Assembly (NCBI GenBank): GCA_028534125.1
Contig: CM052817.1
Span: 103,294,001 to 103,358,000 of the forward strand
Length of the DNA: 64,000 nucleotides
Reading direction: 5' to 3'
Origin: Lama glama
Taxonomy: Eukaryota
The stretch's first letter is position 1. Each line of letters opens with the position of its first letter. Positions 10,891-24,455 of the stretch are shown piece by piece. The position numbers were made by a program, and so were the translations under genes. The notes below the pieces were generated by a model. The model saw nothing but the letters and a program-made list of their open reading frames with translations, did not search any database and had not been told where the DNA came from.

Positions 10891-13800
10891 AAGAAAGGAG
10901 GATCAAGATGGCAGAGTAGGAAGACATGGAGCTCACTTGCCCCAACAAACACATCAAAAATACATCTACATGTGGAATAAATCTCACAGAAAACCAGCTA
11001 GAAACTGGCAGAAGATCTCTTTTGCAACTGAAGCTGCAAGAAAGATCTCCATGCAACCAGGTAGGATGGGGAAAAAAAGCATTCAGGGCGGGACTGGCAC
11101 CTCTCAGATGAAATGTTGAGCTAGTTAGATCTGGTGATTCAGGGCATGGCATCCCTGGGAAGTATCTGTGAAGGAGGAAAGGTCCACACTGGCAGGTGCA
11201 CATCCTGGGGAGCCTCCTTACTGCTGGAAGGTCAACTGGGACAGACAGAAGGCCTAGAGTGGCCTGGAGCTGGCTTGCAACGAGGGGGCGAATGCTAGTT
11301 TCTTAGCAATCAGGGCAGAGGAAAGAAGTCAGTTACAAGTGAACCCTCATAAGGTTATCAGCTGATTTCTCTGCAGAAACTCTGCAGGCTAGAAGGCAGT
11401 GGCAAGGGAAGAACCTGCAACCTAGGATTCCCTACCCAGAAAGGTTATCATTTAGAATAGGAGAAAGAATTTCTGAGACAAGCAAAAACTAAAAGAATTC
11501 AATGATACTAAACTAAACCCTAAAAGAAATAATTAGAGGTCTTCTCTAAAAAGAAGTACGAATCTATAGGAAAAGGAAAATCACAATAGGAAAAGCAAGT
11601 GTGTAAGAGAATTGAAGATCACTTAAATAAGTCAGTACATATATTAAAAAAAAATAAAAAAATTTTGTAAAAGTGATTATAACTATAATAAACAGCAAAA
11701 GGATAAACATGAATATGTAAAACAGGACATCAAAATCACAAAGTGTGGGGGAGGGGAGTAAAAAAATGTAGATCTTTTAGAATGTGTTTGAACTTACATG
11801 ACTATCAGACTAAAGCAAGCAGATACAGTTATGGATCAATATACTTGAAAAACAGGGCAATCAATCAAAAATATAACACAGATTCACAAAAAAAAACAAG
11901 AAGAAAGGAACCCAAGCACAATACAAAAGAAAACTATCAAACAACAAAAGGGAAAATAAAAGAAATGAACAAAGAAGAACTACAAAATCAATTGGAAAAT
12001 AAAATGGCAATAAGCAAATATTTGTGAATAATTACCTTAATTGTCAATGGATTAAATATTCCACAGTAGCAGATTGGATTAAAAAACAAGAAATTACAAC
12101 ATGCTGCCTACAAGAGACTCACTTCAGGGTGAAAGACACACAGATTCAAAGTGAGAAGATGGTAAAAGATATTTCATTCAAATGGAAAAAACAAGAAAGC
12201 AGGGGTAACAATATTCGTATCAGACAAAATGGACTTTAAAACAAAGTTTATAAAGAAAAACAAAGAAGGACATTACATAATGATAAAGGGACCAATATAA
12301 GAAGAGGATATTACACTCACTGACATATATTGTACTCAATATAGGAGCACCTAAATATATAAAATAAATACTAAAAAAACAAAGGGAGAAATTGACAAGA
12401 ATACAAAACAGTGGGAAAATTTAACAACCCACTGATATCAATGAACAGATCTTCCAGACAAAAAAAAATCAAAAAGGAAACAGAGGTCTTAAATGACAAA
12501 ATAGAACAATAGGCCTTAATTAATATCTACAGGACATTACACTCAAAGAAAAACCAGACAACACATGGAACATGCATGGAATGTTCTCTAGGAAAGACCA
12601 TATACTAGGTCATAAGACAAATGTCAACAAATGTAAGAAAACAGATTATGTCCAGCATGTTTTCTGACCACAATGGTATGAAACCAGAAATCAACCATAG
12701 GAAGAAAAATGGGAATAAAACAAACACATGGAGACCAAAAACATGCTACTAAAAAAAAAATCAGTCAGCAATCAAATAAGAAATAAGAAAGTATCTCAAG
12801 ACAAACAATGAAAACATAACCTTACAAAATCTATGGGATGCAGCAAAAGAGGTTCTAAGAGAGAAGTTCATAGCCATACAGGTCTTCCTAGAGAAACAAG
12901 AAAAATCTCAAATAAACAACCTCACCTACCACCTAAAAGAATCAGGAGAAGAACAAACAAAACACAATGTCAGCAGACGAAAGGAATATAATAAAGATCA
13001 CAGAGGAAATTAAATGAAGATCAAAAAACAATACAAAAGATCAATAAAACTAAGAAGTGGTTTTTAGAAAAGATAAAAAAAAAAAATCAACAGATCTCTA
13101 GCCAGGTTCACCAACAAGAACTGAGAGAGGACCCAAATAACCAAAATGAGAAATGGAAGAGGAGAAGTAACGAATACCACAGAGATACAAAAAATTCATG
13201 AGAATATAACAAACAGTTATAGGCCAACAAACTGGACAACCAGAAGAAATGGACAAGTTTCTAGAAACATACAGCCAGCCCAATTTGAGACAAGAAAAAA
13301 CATAATTTGAACAGACTGATCACTAGCAATAAAACAGAATCTGTCAAAACAAAACAAAACAAAACAAAAAAACTCCCTTCAAACGTAAGTCCAAGACCAA
13401 ATGGCTCTACCAGGGAACTGTAACAAACATACAAAGAACTTATACCTATCCTTCTCAAATTATTCCAAAAGACTGGTGAGGGAACATTCCCAAAGTAATT
13501 TTGTGAAGCCACCATCACCATGATACCAAAACTAGACAAAGAGACTACACAGAAAGAAAATTACAGGCCAATACCTTTGATAAGTATAGATGCAAAAATC
13601 CTCAACAAAATATAGCAAATTGAATCCAACAATACATAAAAAAGCATCATACACCATGATAAAGCTGAATTCATTTCAGGATCATAAGAATGGTTCTACA
13701 TACACAAATCAATCAATCTGATACATCTATTAACAAAAGGAAAGACAAAAGGCACATGATCATCTCAACAGAGGCAGAAAAAGCATTTGATAAATTTGAA

Positions 13801-13919
13801 CATCCATTCATGATAAAAACTCTCACCAACGTGGGTATAGAGGGAACCGAGCTCAACATAATAAAGCCAGCTAGGACAAACCTACAGCCAACATAATACT
13901 TCAATTAAAAAAATAATAA
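10891..13919 (+). mobile_element. Internally deleted L1 (5'UTR start, end of ORF1, ORF2 endonuclease to RT start, A tail) nested in an older L1MC-like 3'UTR
   Basis: 5' end ggaggatcaagatggcag. Decayed ORF2 endonuclease motifs (CCLQETHF). TSD aaataaatgaaatgt (10876-10890) / aaataaatgcaatgt (13920-13934). Confidence 0.88.
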
Positions 13920-15310
13920 AAATAAATGCAATGTGGGATCCTGAAATAGAATAGGGACATTAATGGAAAAAATGATAACCTATAAGTCTGTAGGTTAGTT
14001 AACAGTAATGTACCAACATTAATTTCTTAGTTTTGATAACTGCATCACAATTATAAGATATTAATATTAGGGAATTACACACACATATATTATTATACAC
14101 ATAAATAATTTTTGAGTAAGGCTTTTCTATACAAGAAATGAATCCTAAGGTCCAAAGGCAAAACTCTGTGGTACTTCATAAAAGGATAAAATAGTTACAT
14201 GGAAAAAATAACACAAATAAAGTCAACAGATAAAAAATTAATATAAATAAATATTCACAGCACGAATGACAGACAAAAAAATTACCCTCTTTCACATCTG
14301 ACAAATTGATAAAACAATATGATTAAAAAATGGCAAAAATCATTAACTGACAATTCAGAAAGATGTTTAATTTTCCTCATAATAAAAGTGCAAAGTAGAT
14401 AAGAGTATTTTTCACCTACCAGATTGGCAAAACTCAAAACATTTAATTACAAGGTGTTATAGTGTATGTAGGGAACCTGGCACCTTCATATTTTACTGTT
14501 AGTAGAAGTAATAATTGATGTATCCTCTTAGGATAGCCTCTGAATCATTAATTCTAGTTTTAGAGTTTTATCCCCCTAAAATATATTGGCACATGGACAT
14601 AATGATGTATGTATAAGGAATTCATTGCCGCACTGTTTATAACGTAAGATTAAAAACAATTTCAATGTTCAATAAAAAGCTAGAAAAATCATACTACCTC
14701 CAGATTCTCTTCCAAAGTATTAGGCAGCACTAAGTGAATGAGGTAACTATGCTGTTATGTAACAATCTCCAAGATGTATTGTTACAGTACGACCGTGATG
14801 GAAATGTTCCATTGCACTCAGAACTCATTTTGCTATGGGCGCTATGAATTACGGTTCCAGATCTGAGTCCCAGGAAGAATCCTCAGAGTTTGCAACTGCT
14901 TTGCAGTTTTGGTTAAATAAGGTCTATTTCAACAAATGTCTGTGAAACAAATGCTTGGAAGAAGGCAATTGTGGCTTATAGCTAAGTCAGGAATCTCTTA
15001 GAACAGAGGGTCCCAATTCTAAAGATTCTTTCTTAGCACTTCAGCAAAGGCAACGAGGAAAATATCCAGTAAGTTGCGAGCTACTCTGCCTTATACCAGA
15101 GAATCAGAAAAAAATGTAAAGCCGAAGACAAGAGTGGCTTTCCCCATCAATGTCTTGTGAGTTGTATGAAGCTCCTGAATCACTGTTTAACCACATAGCT
15201 ATTTTAATCCGAGTTTTGCTAATAAAGATTCTTCCAAATAAAATAAGACTTGAGAGAGAAGCTCTCAATGACACAGTAGTAGGGAAATGACCATAATGCA
15301 TCATGCTTAC

Positions 15311-15428
15311 CTGCCCTACATCTCCTGGAAGGCAATTCTGCCACTTGATGCCACCGTTCTTCTTTGAAGTCATAGCATTCCACACTTCGGATAGCCTTCG
15401 GTGCTTGGCCCCCAACCACCACCATCAA
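15311..15428 (-). CDS. KLHL2: KLHL2 coding exon (~exon 9; Kelch 1; LMVVVGGQAPKAIRSVECYDFKEERWHQVAELPSRRCRAG)
   Basis: 118 nt. Acceptor CTTCCAG|TTG, donor CAG|GTAAGC. Confidence 0.97.
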
Positions 15429-16589
15429 CTGGAAGGGCAGAGGTATAAGCACTTGAACAAATAGCTATTGCATATTCAGGGATTTAAAAGATCTTACAAA
15501 GACACTGACGTGGAGAGTGTTAGGATGAAGATGGTAGGGTGAGCTGGGGGAAAACAATCACCTATTCACATTTAATCAACATCAACAAAGGGGGCACATG
15601 TTAGAACTACAGTTCTATCATCTAGCACATTGAGTCAAAAGTAAGGATATCAGAAACTAAAATTAAGTTTCTGATCCTTCAAGCAAAAGCAGTATTTAAG
15701 CCAAAAACAGCAGGCAGTCAGCACTGGCAAGGCTGCAGTATGTCACAGGGCTTGCTATAAACTAGACCCCAGCTTGGTGATGACCAGGGAGTAGATCTCC
15801 ACAATCCAGGAGAGCAGAGTGGAGTGAAACTTATGTTAGTGGGTGGGCGATGTGAAAAGGACAGTAAGATATTAAAAGAAAGATGGAAGAAGGAAAAAAA
15901 ATATTGAAAAAGGAAGACTAATTCAATTGGAGTTCACAAGAGAGCACAGATTCCTGGATCTCAAGTAAAGAGACCTCCCTGGATGCCCCACAAATAAAAC
16001 AACCAAGAGGACAGATAATGGAGATACTAGAACTCATAATGAATGAATGCACAATGGTCGAGCACTGAGAATAAGTCTACAAATTTCTTCAATTTAACTC
16101 AATCCAACAACTATTTACTAGGAGCCTATCATCTGTATTTGACCAGAATTGTGCTAGGTGTTCTACATAAGAAATATAAGACATGGTCTCTACCCTCAAG
16201 AGCTTATAGATATCACTAAGGAGACAAGACTCTAAAGTAATTCAAGAACAACATACAATTAAATATGACCAGAAAACTACATGATTAGTTATAGACATTA
16301 ATTGCTGCTCCTGATCAGACAATGAAATGCAGCCATTTAGTGAATTTAGTGAAAGCTTCCTGGAGCGGGTGGAACCTTGAGAGTAGACAGAATTTCGCAG
16401 TCAACGTATCTGTCTTTACTGAGTACAAACAGGCACTCATTGGCAACACTGAAAACATGGCTATGAAATCAGAAGAACATAAAAGCTAATGATGTCACAT
16501 GTGGAATGCTGTAAAGAATGGCAAGATCCTTTCAAGGCAAAGGTGAGATGGTTCAAAAGAAACAAAAAATCAACACAAACAGAAGACGG

Positions 16590-19500
16590 AATGAGTCATA
16601 CATACAGAAAGGGGAGGTTTGCAACCTTGACTGAGTAATGACCTACCTGTACCTGGAACTATATAGAAAGATGAGCAGACAGAAATCAGAGTAAATCCTG
16701 TTTCCAAAAAGGAGCCTATTTTCATAATTTATTGACTGAAGAGTAGAAAGAGTTTAAATTTTGAAGATCTTAAAAAGAAGACTGAACGTAGACCAATTAT
16801 ATTATTTTTCACCAGACCTGCCCTTCTTTTAGTGTTGAATGCAAATAAATAAAAGGAAGAATTAACAAAGATTCCCTCCTATCCCCAGAGGAAAAAAGGG
16901 GAGGGGGCGAAGTTGTGAAATCATAGGGGTGGACAGACAGTAAGAGACACCCTGTATCCAGGGATTTACAGATTTGTGTTAAAACTTTTAAACTCTGCCC
17001 AGCAGTTAGACAACAGTTGAAAGAGGCTTGGTTAACATCTCTGATGAAGATCAGTTTAAAAAAATTTCAGAAGGGAATAGTTTTCAAAAAATCCTTGAGA
17101 AACAATATAGGTTTCTTAGATTTCATGATTCTCAACTATGAATCTCATGACTTCTATGCAATAATTCACTTTTGTACATCAAAATGAAGATGGAGGGGAA
17201 AATGTGCTCCTGACCAGAGAGAAAGGTAGTAATGTCTGTCCTTTACTCACCCAAGAGAAGTGAAATGGAGTGAGGATATGGGACTCCGCGAATCAGAGAT
17301 AACAGGGAAAAGGAAGGCTGTACAATGGAAAGGCATGAGCAGGGATATCTGTACGAGATCAAGAGATGGTGCTAAAAGCCACTGTGTTACTTACCATCAA
17401 AAGAGGTGTCAGGGCTCTTAGACTCCAATTATTTGTAAAAGACACCTGATCTCATTTGAGAAACACCATGCTACTTATGCGAATGTAAAGGAATAGAAAA
17501 CTAGGAAGACATTAGTATGAAAAAGTTAAATGTGACATATTTAAGGAAGGCAAAGGGTACGGAGTTAAATTCAAGTGGCCATCCTGAAATGTAGGTCAAT
17601 TAAACTTTGTGCTTTCATTTTCTTCACCTATTAAATATTAGTTTAAAATTGCCTCCTGAAGCAATCAAGTTTTATAATTTTTCCAACTGGAAATCTCAAT
17701 AGATACCCTGGGTAAGTTAAAGAAAAACATATGCACAGAAATAACATGATAGCATTTGTCAAAACAGAGGTCCCAAAGATAAAAGGAAGCTAACAATAAA
17801 GCACAGCAGCACAACATACACTATTTTCACTACGCTGTCCAAATCCAACAGTACTTTACGCAATCCCAAGACGGCTTACTGAAGATGCTAACCTAATGTT
17901 TGAGATATAAAAAGATCATCCATGCAAGTTAGCGTGAGTCCACAGAATCAGAGCCTAATAAATAAATCAGTGCCGTGGTAGAAATATTATCTATCATTTC
18001 ACCACTGCTACCACATTCTGTCTGCTGTGTCTTATCGTGACTGTGATAAAGTGCATCATTACTATGAAGTTATGTCAGCATGAGAAATTCATCTTTGCCT
18101 CATTCTTACCTACCTATGCAGAGTCAATCTTGACTAGAACAACTCTAAAAGGACAAATGGTGCTATTGAAAAAGCATCCAACAAAACACTTTTTCAAAAA
18201 TATGTGAGATAAACACACTTCGAGGAGACTATGCAGATGCAGCTCACTGCTCCCTGCCAGGTCTGCCACTGCCTCCCCAGACACCCTGAAAGGGCAGAAG
18301 AGAAGAGACCCTTCAGGGACCTGCATTCCCACCTCAAAATAAAGCCAAAAAAGTGAGAAATCCAAAGTTAACACAGGTGGCAGGGATGCTCCAAAGTCAC
18401 AACCAGAGAAGCCCAAAAACAATGTCAACTGAACAGATGATCACAACTCTACTCAAAAGAGAAAAAAGAATACTTGATAGGATTTTCCCAAGAATTCTTC
18501 AGCACATTTTCCAAAGTGACATACTTATTCCAGAAATTAGAAGAGAATTAGTTTTCCCCCTAAGGGTAAAGGCAAAGCTAAAGATGCCAGAAGAGGCAAT
18601 ACACAAGAAGAGACTCTTTACAAATACGAAATGTTTAAATAAAAAGTACTGAAGATAAAACAAACTATTTAGAAGGAAGTTTAAAAGACTAGCATAAAGG
18701 AAGTAACAATCTGAATGGGCTAAGGCTAGGAACACCTTTTATGTATCTATTTTTTTGTGAGAACAAAAACTGACACCAAATAATATGGACAAATATGAAG
18801 TAATGAAGACTTATAGAGATGGCTACTTATAAAAGGAGGTAAAAGGGTATTTGGAAAATGTAAACACTTATAAAATCAGCAGACCCAGATGGCATGCATA
18901 CTAAAGTGTTAAGGGAACTAGCTAATGTACTTACTGAGCCACTTACAATTATTTTTGAAAAATCTTGGAGAACTGAGGAGAGATCAGAAAATTTAAAAAA
19001 GGCAAATACCAATTTTCAAAATAGGGTAGGAGGTGAATGCCTTGTAAATACCTTTTAAGTGATAATAATTCTCAGTAAAAATTTAGAATATTTTGAGAAA
19101 AGCATTCGAACTTCTAGGAGCCTATGAAACGATGAGTAAAAGGCAGAGGGATGTTTTAAAAAATCATGCCGAATTTGATCCTGAATCTCATCGGATGTTG
19201 TATGTCTAAATATTTATTTTTGGCTTAGATAATAAACATAATCATATGGACCAAAACTTCCTAAAAATGGACTATGTCAGTAAGCGGGTATTTCTAATGA
19301 GGTGTCACCAGGGAGAATGCTGATGTCCATTCTAAATTAAAATATTTATTAATGGTCTAGAAAAAGGAGGGAGTAGCAAACTGGCAGAATACACAGTTGG
19401 TTCTAAATTGAGAACTCCTGTTAACACTGGGCAAAACAGAAAAAACACTACTAATGTGGATTTGCAGCAATTAAAAATGTAGACTCAAAAAAACTTGAAA

Positions 19501-19900
19501 AGACACTAAATAAAAGCATTAATATGAAAAAATGTAAAAGACATAATTTAATGGAAAGATAAAGTAATAACTAAAGATGATACAAGAAACAGTGGATAAC
19601 AGATTAGTTCTTATTTCTTAATCCATCATTGCCCCAAACACACGAGAGCTGAAAATCAATACAGAAATAAAAGCATTATACTATGGATCACTCTGATTAG
19701 ACCAGACATAAAATGGTGCTTAAAGCGCTGGTCCTCCAGTGCCGCAAAGGGGCAAACGGAGCAGGAGGAGCTGCAAACAGAGACAGAAATGAGGGGTTAT
19801 TTGTAAGGAAAATTAAATCAGTAAAACATGAATGGCTTCAACTAAAAAGACAAAGGTAGAAAATGAACTTTCACACAGGAATACGTGAACACTAGAGATG
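16590..19900 (+). mobile_element. Ancient CR1/L3-family LINE ORF2 relic (boundaries approximate)
   Basis: From 18873 it translates KSADPDGMHTKVLRELANVLTEPLTIIFEKSWRTEE (CR1 motif KSxGPDGxHPRVLxELA...IIFEKSWRTGE). Collinear decayed RT motifs follow at ~19300-19420 and ~19680-19800. Confidence 0.8.
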
Positions 19901-20383
19901 AGGGAAGACGAATGGAAAACCTGCACTGAAGTGGCTACGTGTGACGTGTGAGTGAACCATCAAAGAGCACACAACAGAGAAGAGGAAGGCGCCAGCTGAA
20001 CAGGCTACGCTCCTTAGTTAGTTCTCAGCAATTCTGCGAAACTGCTCGGTTTTCTGTTATCATCTAAACACATGGCTATAAAGAAATCTTTCTACCTGGT
20101 CTGATTTTCCTCTCTGCTATAACTGAGCTAAAAAAACAAACAAACCCAGGTGGGACAAATACTGGTTGCCTCTGTTCCAGGAAGAGTGACATCATGCAGT
20201 TTATAAAAATCATATGAGCCAAACAACCCCCACCCTCCACAGACAAAATCAATAGAGAGGTTGCATTATAAACACTACGATGAATTCCTGGGGCACACAG
20301 GAATTCAGATAAGTAAAAATATCAACAGCCTCACTATGGGCCCTTTCGATGAGGTAGGAACAAGTATGAACATCGGATCCTAC

Positions 20384-20533
20384 TTTGGGAAGGTTCATGG
20401 GCGTCCTCAGGCGGGTCCGGACACTCTTCATCAGGACACGCTGCTCTGTCGGTAGCAGGTGGTACTTCATGGCTTCAATGAGGTAATCTTTGCAAGCACT
20501 GCTGTTCTTCACCAGCGCTTCCTCCTCCACCCT
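20384..20533 (-). CDS. KLHL2: KLHL2 coding exon (~exon 8; RVEEEALVKNSSACKDYLIEAMKYHLLPTEQRVLMKSVRTRLRTPMNLPK)
   Basis: 150 nt. Acceptor CTCCCAG|AGG, donor AAA|GTAGGA. Lies within ORF 20249..20602(-). Confidence 0.96.
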
Positions 20534-21004
20534 CTGGGAGAAGAGAGTAGACACAGCCCATGAGGGGACAGCCACTTCATGACCAAACCGACAGAGAAAC
20601 AAGTAAAAAAGAGGAAAAAAGCAGTAACTATCCTCTCTGGCTCAGTCTAAAAGTTACAGAGAAAAAGTTTATAAATATCACTGAGAGAAAAGGAAATGAT
20701 GCCAGAAGATGCTTGAGCTAAATAGTAAGAAAAATAAGAAAATTTAGATAATGAGTCCCTCAGGTGGGGGAGGCAATATTTATAAATTAAAGACATCTTT
20801 TTCAAACCAAAGAAGGCAAATACAATAGCCAGAAAAGGGATTCAAAATACTTCATACAATGTGCCCACATCAAAATAAACCTTGTCCTTGCTACCCCCAA
20901 CCTTCAGTGCAGGACAGGTTTTTTTCTATTCATTTCTTAAAAGCAGAGTACCAATCATTACAACGATTACAACAAATAATGAGGCTTCAAGAAATTCTAA
21001 AATG

Positions 21005-21285
21005 CTCAGATCTAATCTCCTAATACAGTGGTATAAGTGGGGAGAGGGAAGGGGGGTCAATATAAGGGTAGGGGAGGAAAAAGAGGGTTATTATGGGATT
21101 ATATGAAATCATGTGTGTGAAACTTTTGAAAATTGTAAAGCACCACAGAATTTAAAGAACCTTTCATTCAATTAAAAAAGTTCCATTAGATGCTTTCAAT
21201 TATAAATTAAAATACTGAAATATCCTTAGTAGGATGCTACTAATAAAACAGTGAATTTAAAACTGTTCTGAGACTACTAAAAATC
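21005..21285 (+). mobile_element. L1 3' terminal fragment with extra tail
   Basis: G-rich 3'UTR tract, ...ttcattcaattaaaaaa, then a tail containing taaaactgttctgagac that is shared with 60272-60288. Confidence 0.55.
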
Positions 21286-21764
21286 CATTTATTGCTATTC
21301 ATTTCAAATAACCTGGTTTTCCCCAGCTTAGAAATAAAGACAGAAACCAAATGCATGTCACTGTGAAATTATGAAGGAAAATGAAACATTGGGTTGAATG
21401 ACAAGATTCTACTTCTACAGGGCAATCAGAGGAGGCCACCAAAAGGGAAGCCGAGGAGATGCAGAGCACTGATATGGAACCACAGTGAATTTATTTACAC
21501 AGACTTCAATCAGCACAAGTACCGGCTGAATAAGCTCTAGTACTCGCTCACACAAATCAGAAACAGGGCAGGACCAGACTCGTAAGAGCAGGCAGGAGCC
21601 CAAGAATGAGCAGGTGTCAGGACAGGAGCTGTGTTTCCGGTCCTCTGCCCTGGGCCTCCCAGCCCTGTGTCCTGCAGCTCTTGCCACTGTGTGTCAGGAA
21701 TCTACCTGCTGTCAGCCCACGGACACGGTGCGACGTGTACTGATGTGTTTTCATACGCTTTTAC

Positions 21765-21881
21765 CTGAACTAAATATTCCCGAGGAAGCAACGGTAACCG
21801 TACATGTTCCATCAGCCGAGCCATAAATTCTTGCCTTACATCTTTGTCATGATTCACCCAAGCTATGACTGCTTCAAATAC
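21765..21881 (-). CDS. KLHL2: KLHL2 coding exon (~exon 7; BACK; VFEAVIAWVNHDKDVRQEFMARLMEHVRLPLLPREYLVQ)
   Basis: 117 nt, read by hand. Acceptor TTTTCTGCAAG|GTA, donor CAG|GTAAAA. Confidence 0.96.
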
Positions 21882-22087
21882 CTTGCAGAAAACATGGGGG
21901 AAAGAAAAATAAGTAATGACTTATATACCAAGGCATATGAATAAAATATGACGAGATTACATTTTATACACAACTCTCACCAAGACAAAAGTCTAATCCA
22001 TGGCTCAAATTTTTCAAATCCTGACTTGTGACATACTCAAAAAGCCACTTCTTTCTGTTTTTAAAATTTGGTACTTAGTAAGTACTT

Positions 22088-22654
22088 AATTTTTTTCCAG
22101 CTTTACTGAGATAAAATTAACAGATAACACTAAGTTTAAAGTGGACAACATGTTGACTTGATGTATGTTACAAAATGATGACGACCACAGCTTTAGCTAA
22201 CACCTGCATCATGTCACATAACTGTCATTTCTTTTTTGTGGTTAGAACATTTATGATCTACCCTCAGCAACTTTCAAGTATGTAATACAGTATGAACTGT
22301 AGTCACCATGCTGTACATTACATGTCTAGAACTTATTCATCTTATAACTAGAAGATGGTACCCTTTGACTGACATCCCTTCAATTCCCCCACCCCCAGCG
22401 CCTGGTAACCACCACTCACCTCTGTTTCTATGAGCTCTACTTATTTAGAGTCTGCATACAAGTGAGATCACACAGTATGTGTGTTTCTCTGACTAATTTC
22501 ACATAGCATAATGCCCTCAAGGTCCATCCATGTTGTCACGAATGGAAGGTCTTTTTATGGCTGAATAACATCCCATGGCACGTATATACCACTTCTCCTC
22601 TATCCTTTCATCCACTGATGGACACTCAGTTGCCTCCACATCTTGGCTACTGTG
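22088..22654 (-). mobile_element. L1 3' end running into the assembly gap
   Basis: T tail followed by antisense L1 3'UTR/ORF2-end sequence (cagcataatgccctcaaggtccatccatgttgtcacgaatgg). Confidence 0.85.
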
Positions 22655-23154
22655 NNNNNNNNNNNNNNNNNNNNNNNNNNNNNNNNNNNNNNNNNNNNNN
22701 NNNNNNNNNNNNNNNNNNNNNNNNNNNNNNNNNNNNNNNNNNNNNNNNNNNNNNNNNNNNNNNNNNNNNNNNNNNNNNNNNNNNNNNNNNNNNNNNNNNN
22801 NNNNNNNNNNNNNNNNNNNNNNNNNNNNNNNNNNNNNNNNNNNNNNNNNNNNNNNNNNNNNNNNNNNNNNNNNNNNNNNNNNNNNNNNNNNNNNNNNNNN
22901 NNNNNNNNNNNNNNNNNNNNNNNNNNNNNNNNNNNNNNNNNNNNNNNNNNNNNNNNNNNNNNNNNNNNNNNNNNNNNNNNNNNNNNNNNNNNNNNNNNNN
23001 NNNNNNNNNNNNNNNNNNNNNNNNNNNNNNNNNNNNNNNNNNNNNNNNNNNNNNNNNNNNNNNNNNNNNNNNNNNNNNNNNNNNNNNNNNNNNNNNNNNN
23101 NNNNNNNNNNNNNNNNNNNNNNNNNNNNNNNNNNNNNNNNNNNNNNNNNNNNNN
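22655..23154. other. Assembly gap (500 N)
   Basis: Run of exactly 500 N. KLHL2 exons on either side are in the correct order and orientation. Confidence 0.99.
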
Positions 23155-24034
23155 GCAGCTCTGGGCAGACTGGGGAGCAGAGACAAGCTGTCCCCATGTG
23201 CCCTGTGTGAATCCTGCCCACGAATCATGAACATAATATGGTTATTTTATGTCACTACATTTTGGGATGGTTGTTACACAGCAGGGGAAAACCAGAACAG
23301 CTTCTGTGACATTTCCACAGTGCAGCTATCATCATGCCATCCTCCTCCTGTCATAGCCTCATCATCACTGGGATAAAATCGATTTTCTTTAATGTGGCTG
23401 AGAAGGTACCTTATGTCATCTTCCCATTTTATCTCCTACCACTCTGCCAACACAGTCTGAACTCTAATCTCACTGAACCAACTGAATGTACTCATTCTCT
23501 CACACCTTTTACACTTACATATTCTGTTCCCTCTGCCTGGACTGCCCTTCCCATTCCCACTCACCCTTATTTCGCTGGCAAACTCATACTCGCTTTAAAA
23601 ACTTGCATCACACATCTGAGCCACACTGACCTCCCATCTCTATTCCAGGAATGATTAAATGCTCCTACTGGGCCCCACAGCAGTCTGTGATCATCTGTTA
23701 CCCCACCAGTTGTTCCTCCAGCCACAAGTAAAGAATTTTATTTTGTTAATCTTCTCATATCTAGCACTCCACGGCACTGTCTGCTCATAGTAGGTACTCA
23801 AAGTGTGTCCACTAAATACAAACAGTATTGTCTTCCTCTTCTCTGTATTTCTAGGGTGCTAAGATTGTACATCTCACAAACACTTGCACTTACTTTTTCA
23901 TATATCGTATTAAAAGAAATGTGTCCTTCTGCCCCCAGGTAGGATGAATATCCTTGGGGAAGAGAACTAAAGTTTATACAACTTCACATGGAAAGCACAC
24001 AAAGGAAAAACTCAAATTTTAATTCCTCCAAATG

Positions 24035-24455
24035 CAGCATATTTTTTTTCCTTTTTCAGTTTTATTAGGTAGAATCATTACAGTTTGCACATATACATTA
24101 TATTGCATGTAAAACATATGTACAGTTTATTGCACACATTTGTAGTTTATATGTATGTACTGATCATTGTTTCTAAGAAGAGATTAGAGCTTTAGTTTTT
24201 TAAACTTACATAGTTATCAAAGGAATAAAGCCAACCACAAAGAATCAACAGACTGTGGTGATCCAGTCATAAAGGACAGTCAGATGTGCTTATATTCAAG
24301 AAATATACTCAAGAAATCAATCATCCAGGTTATAAATAATAAGTAGTTCATTTGTGTCCTTCTGTTTGTTTGGTTTTTGTTTTTAGATTCCACATGTAAG
24401 TGATATCATATGGCATTTTTCTTTCTCTTTCCAGCCCACTTCACTTAGAATGCAA
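24035..24455 (-). mobile_element. 5'-truncated L1 3' end with a distinctive AT-rich 3'UTR tail
   Basis: ORF2 terminus (ctaagtgaagt...atatgatatcacttacatgtggaatctaa on minus), then a tail ending ctacctaataaaactgaaaaa. Confidence 0.75.

Noticed and set aside
22517..23376. Long ORFs of 195-252 aa in five frames
   Set aside because: Artefacts of translating through the 500-N gap.
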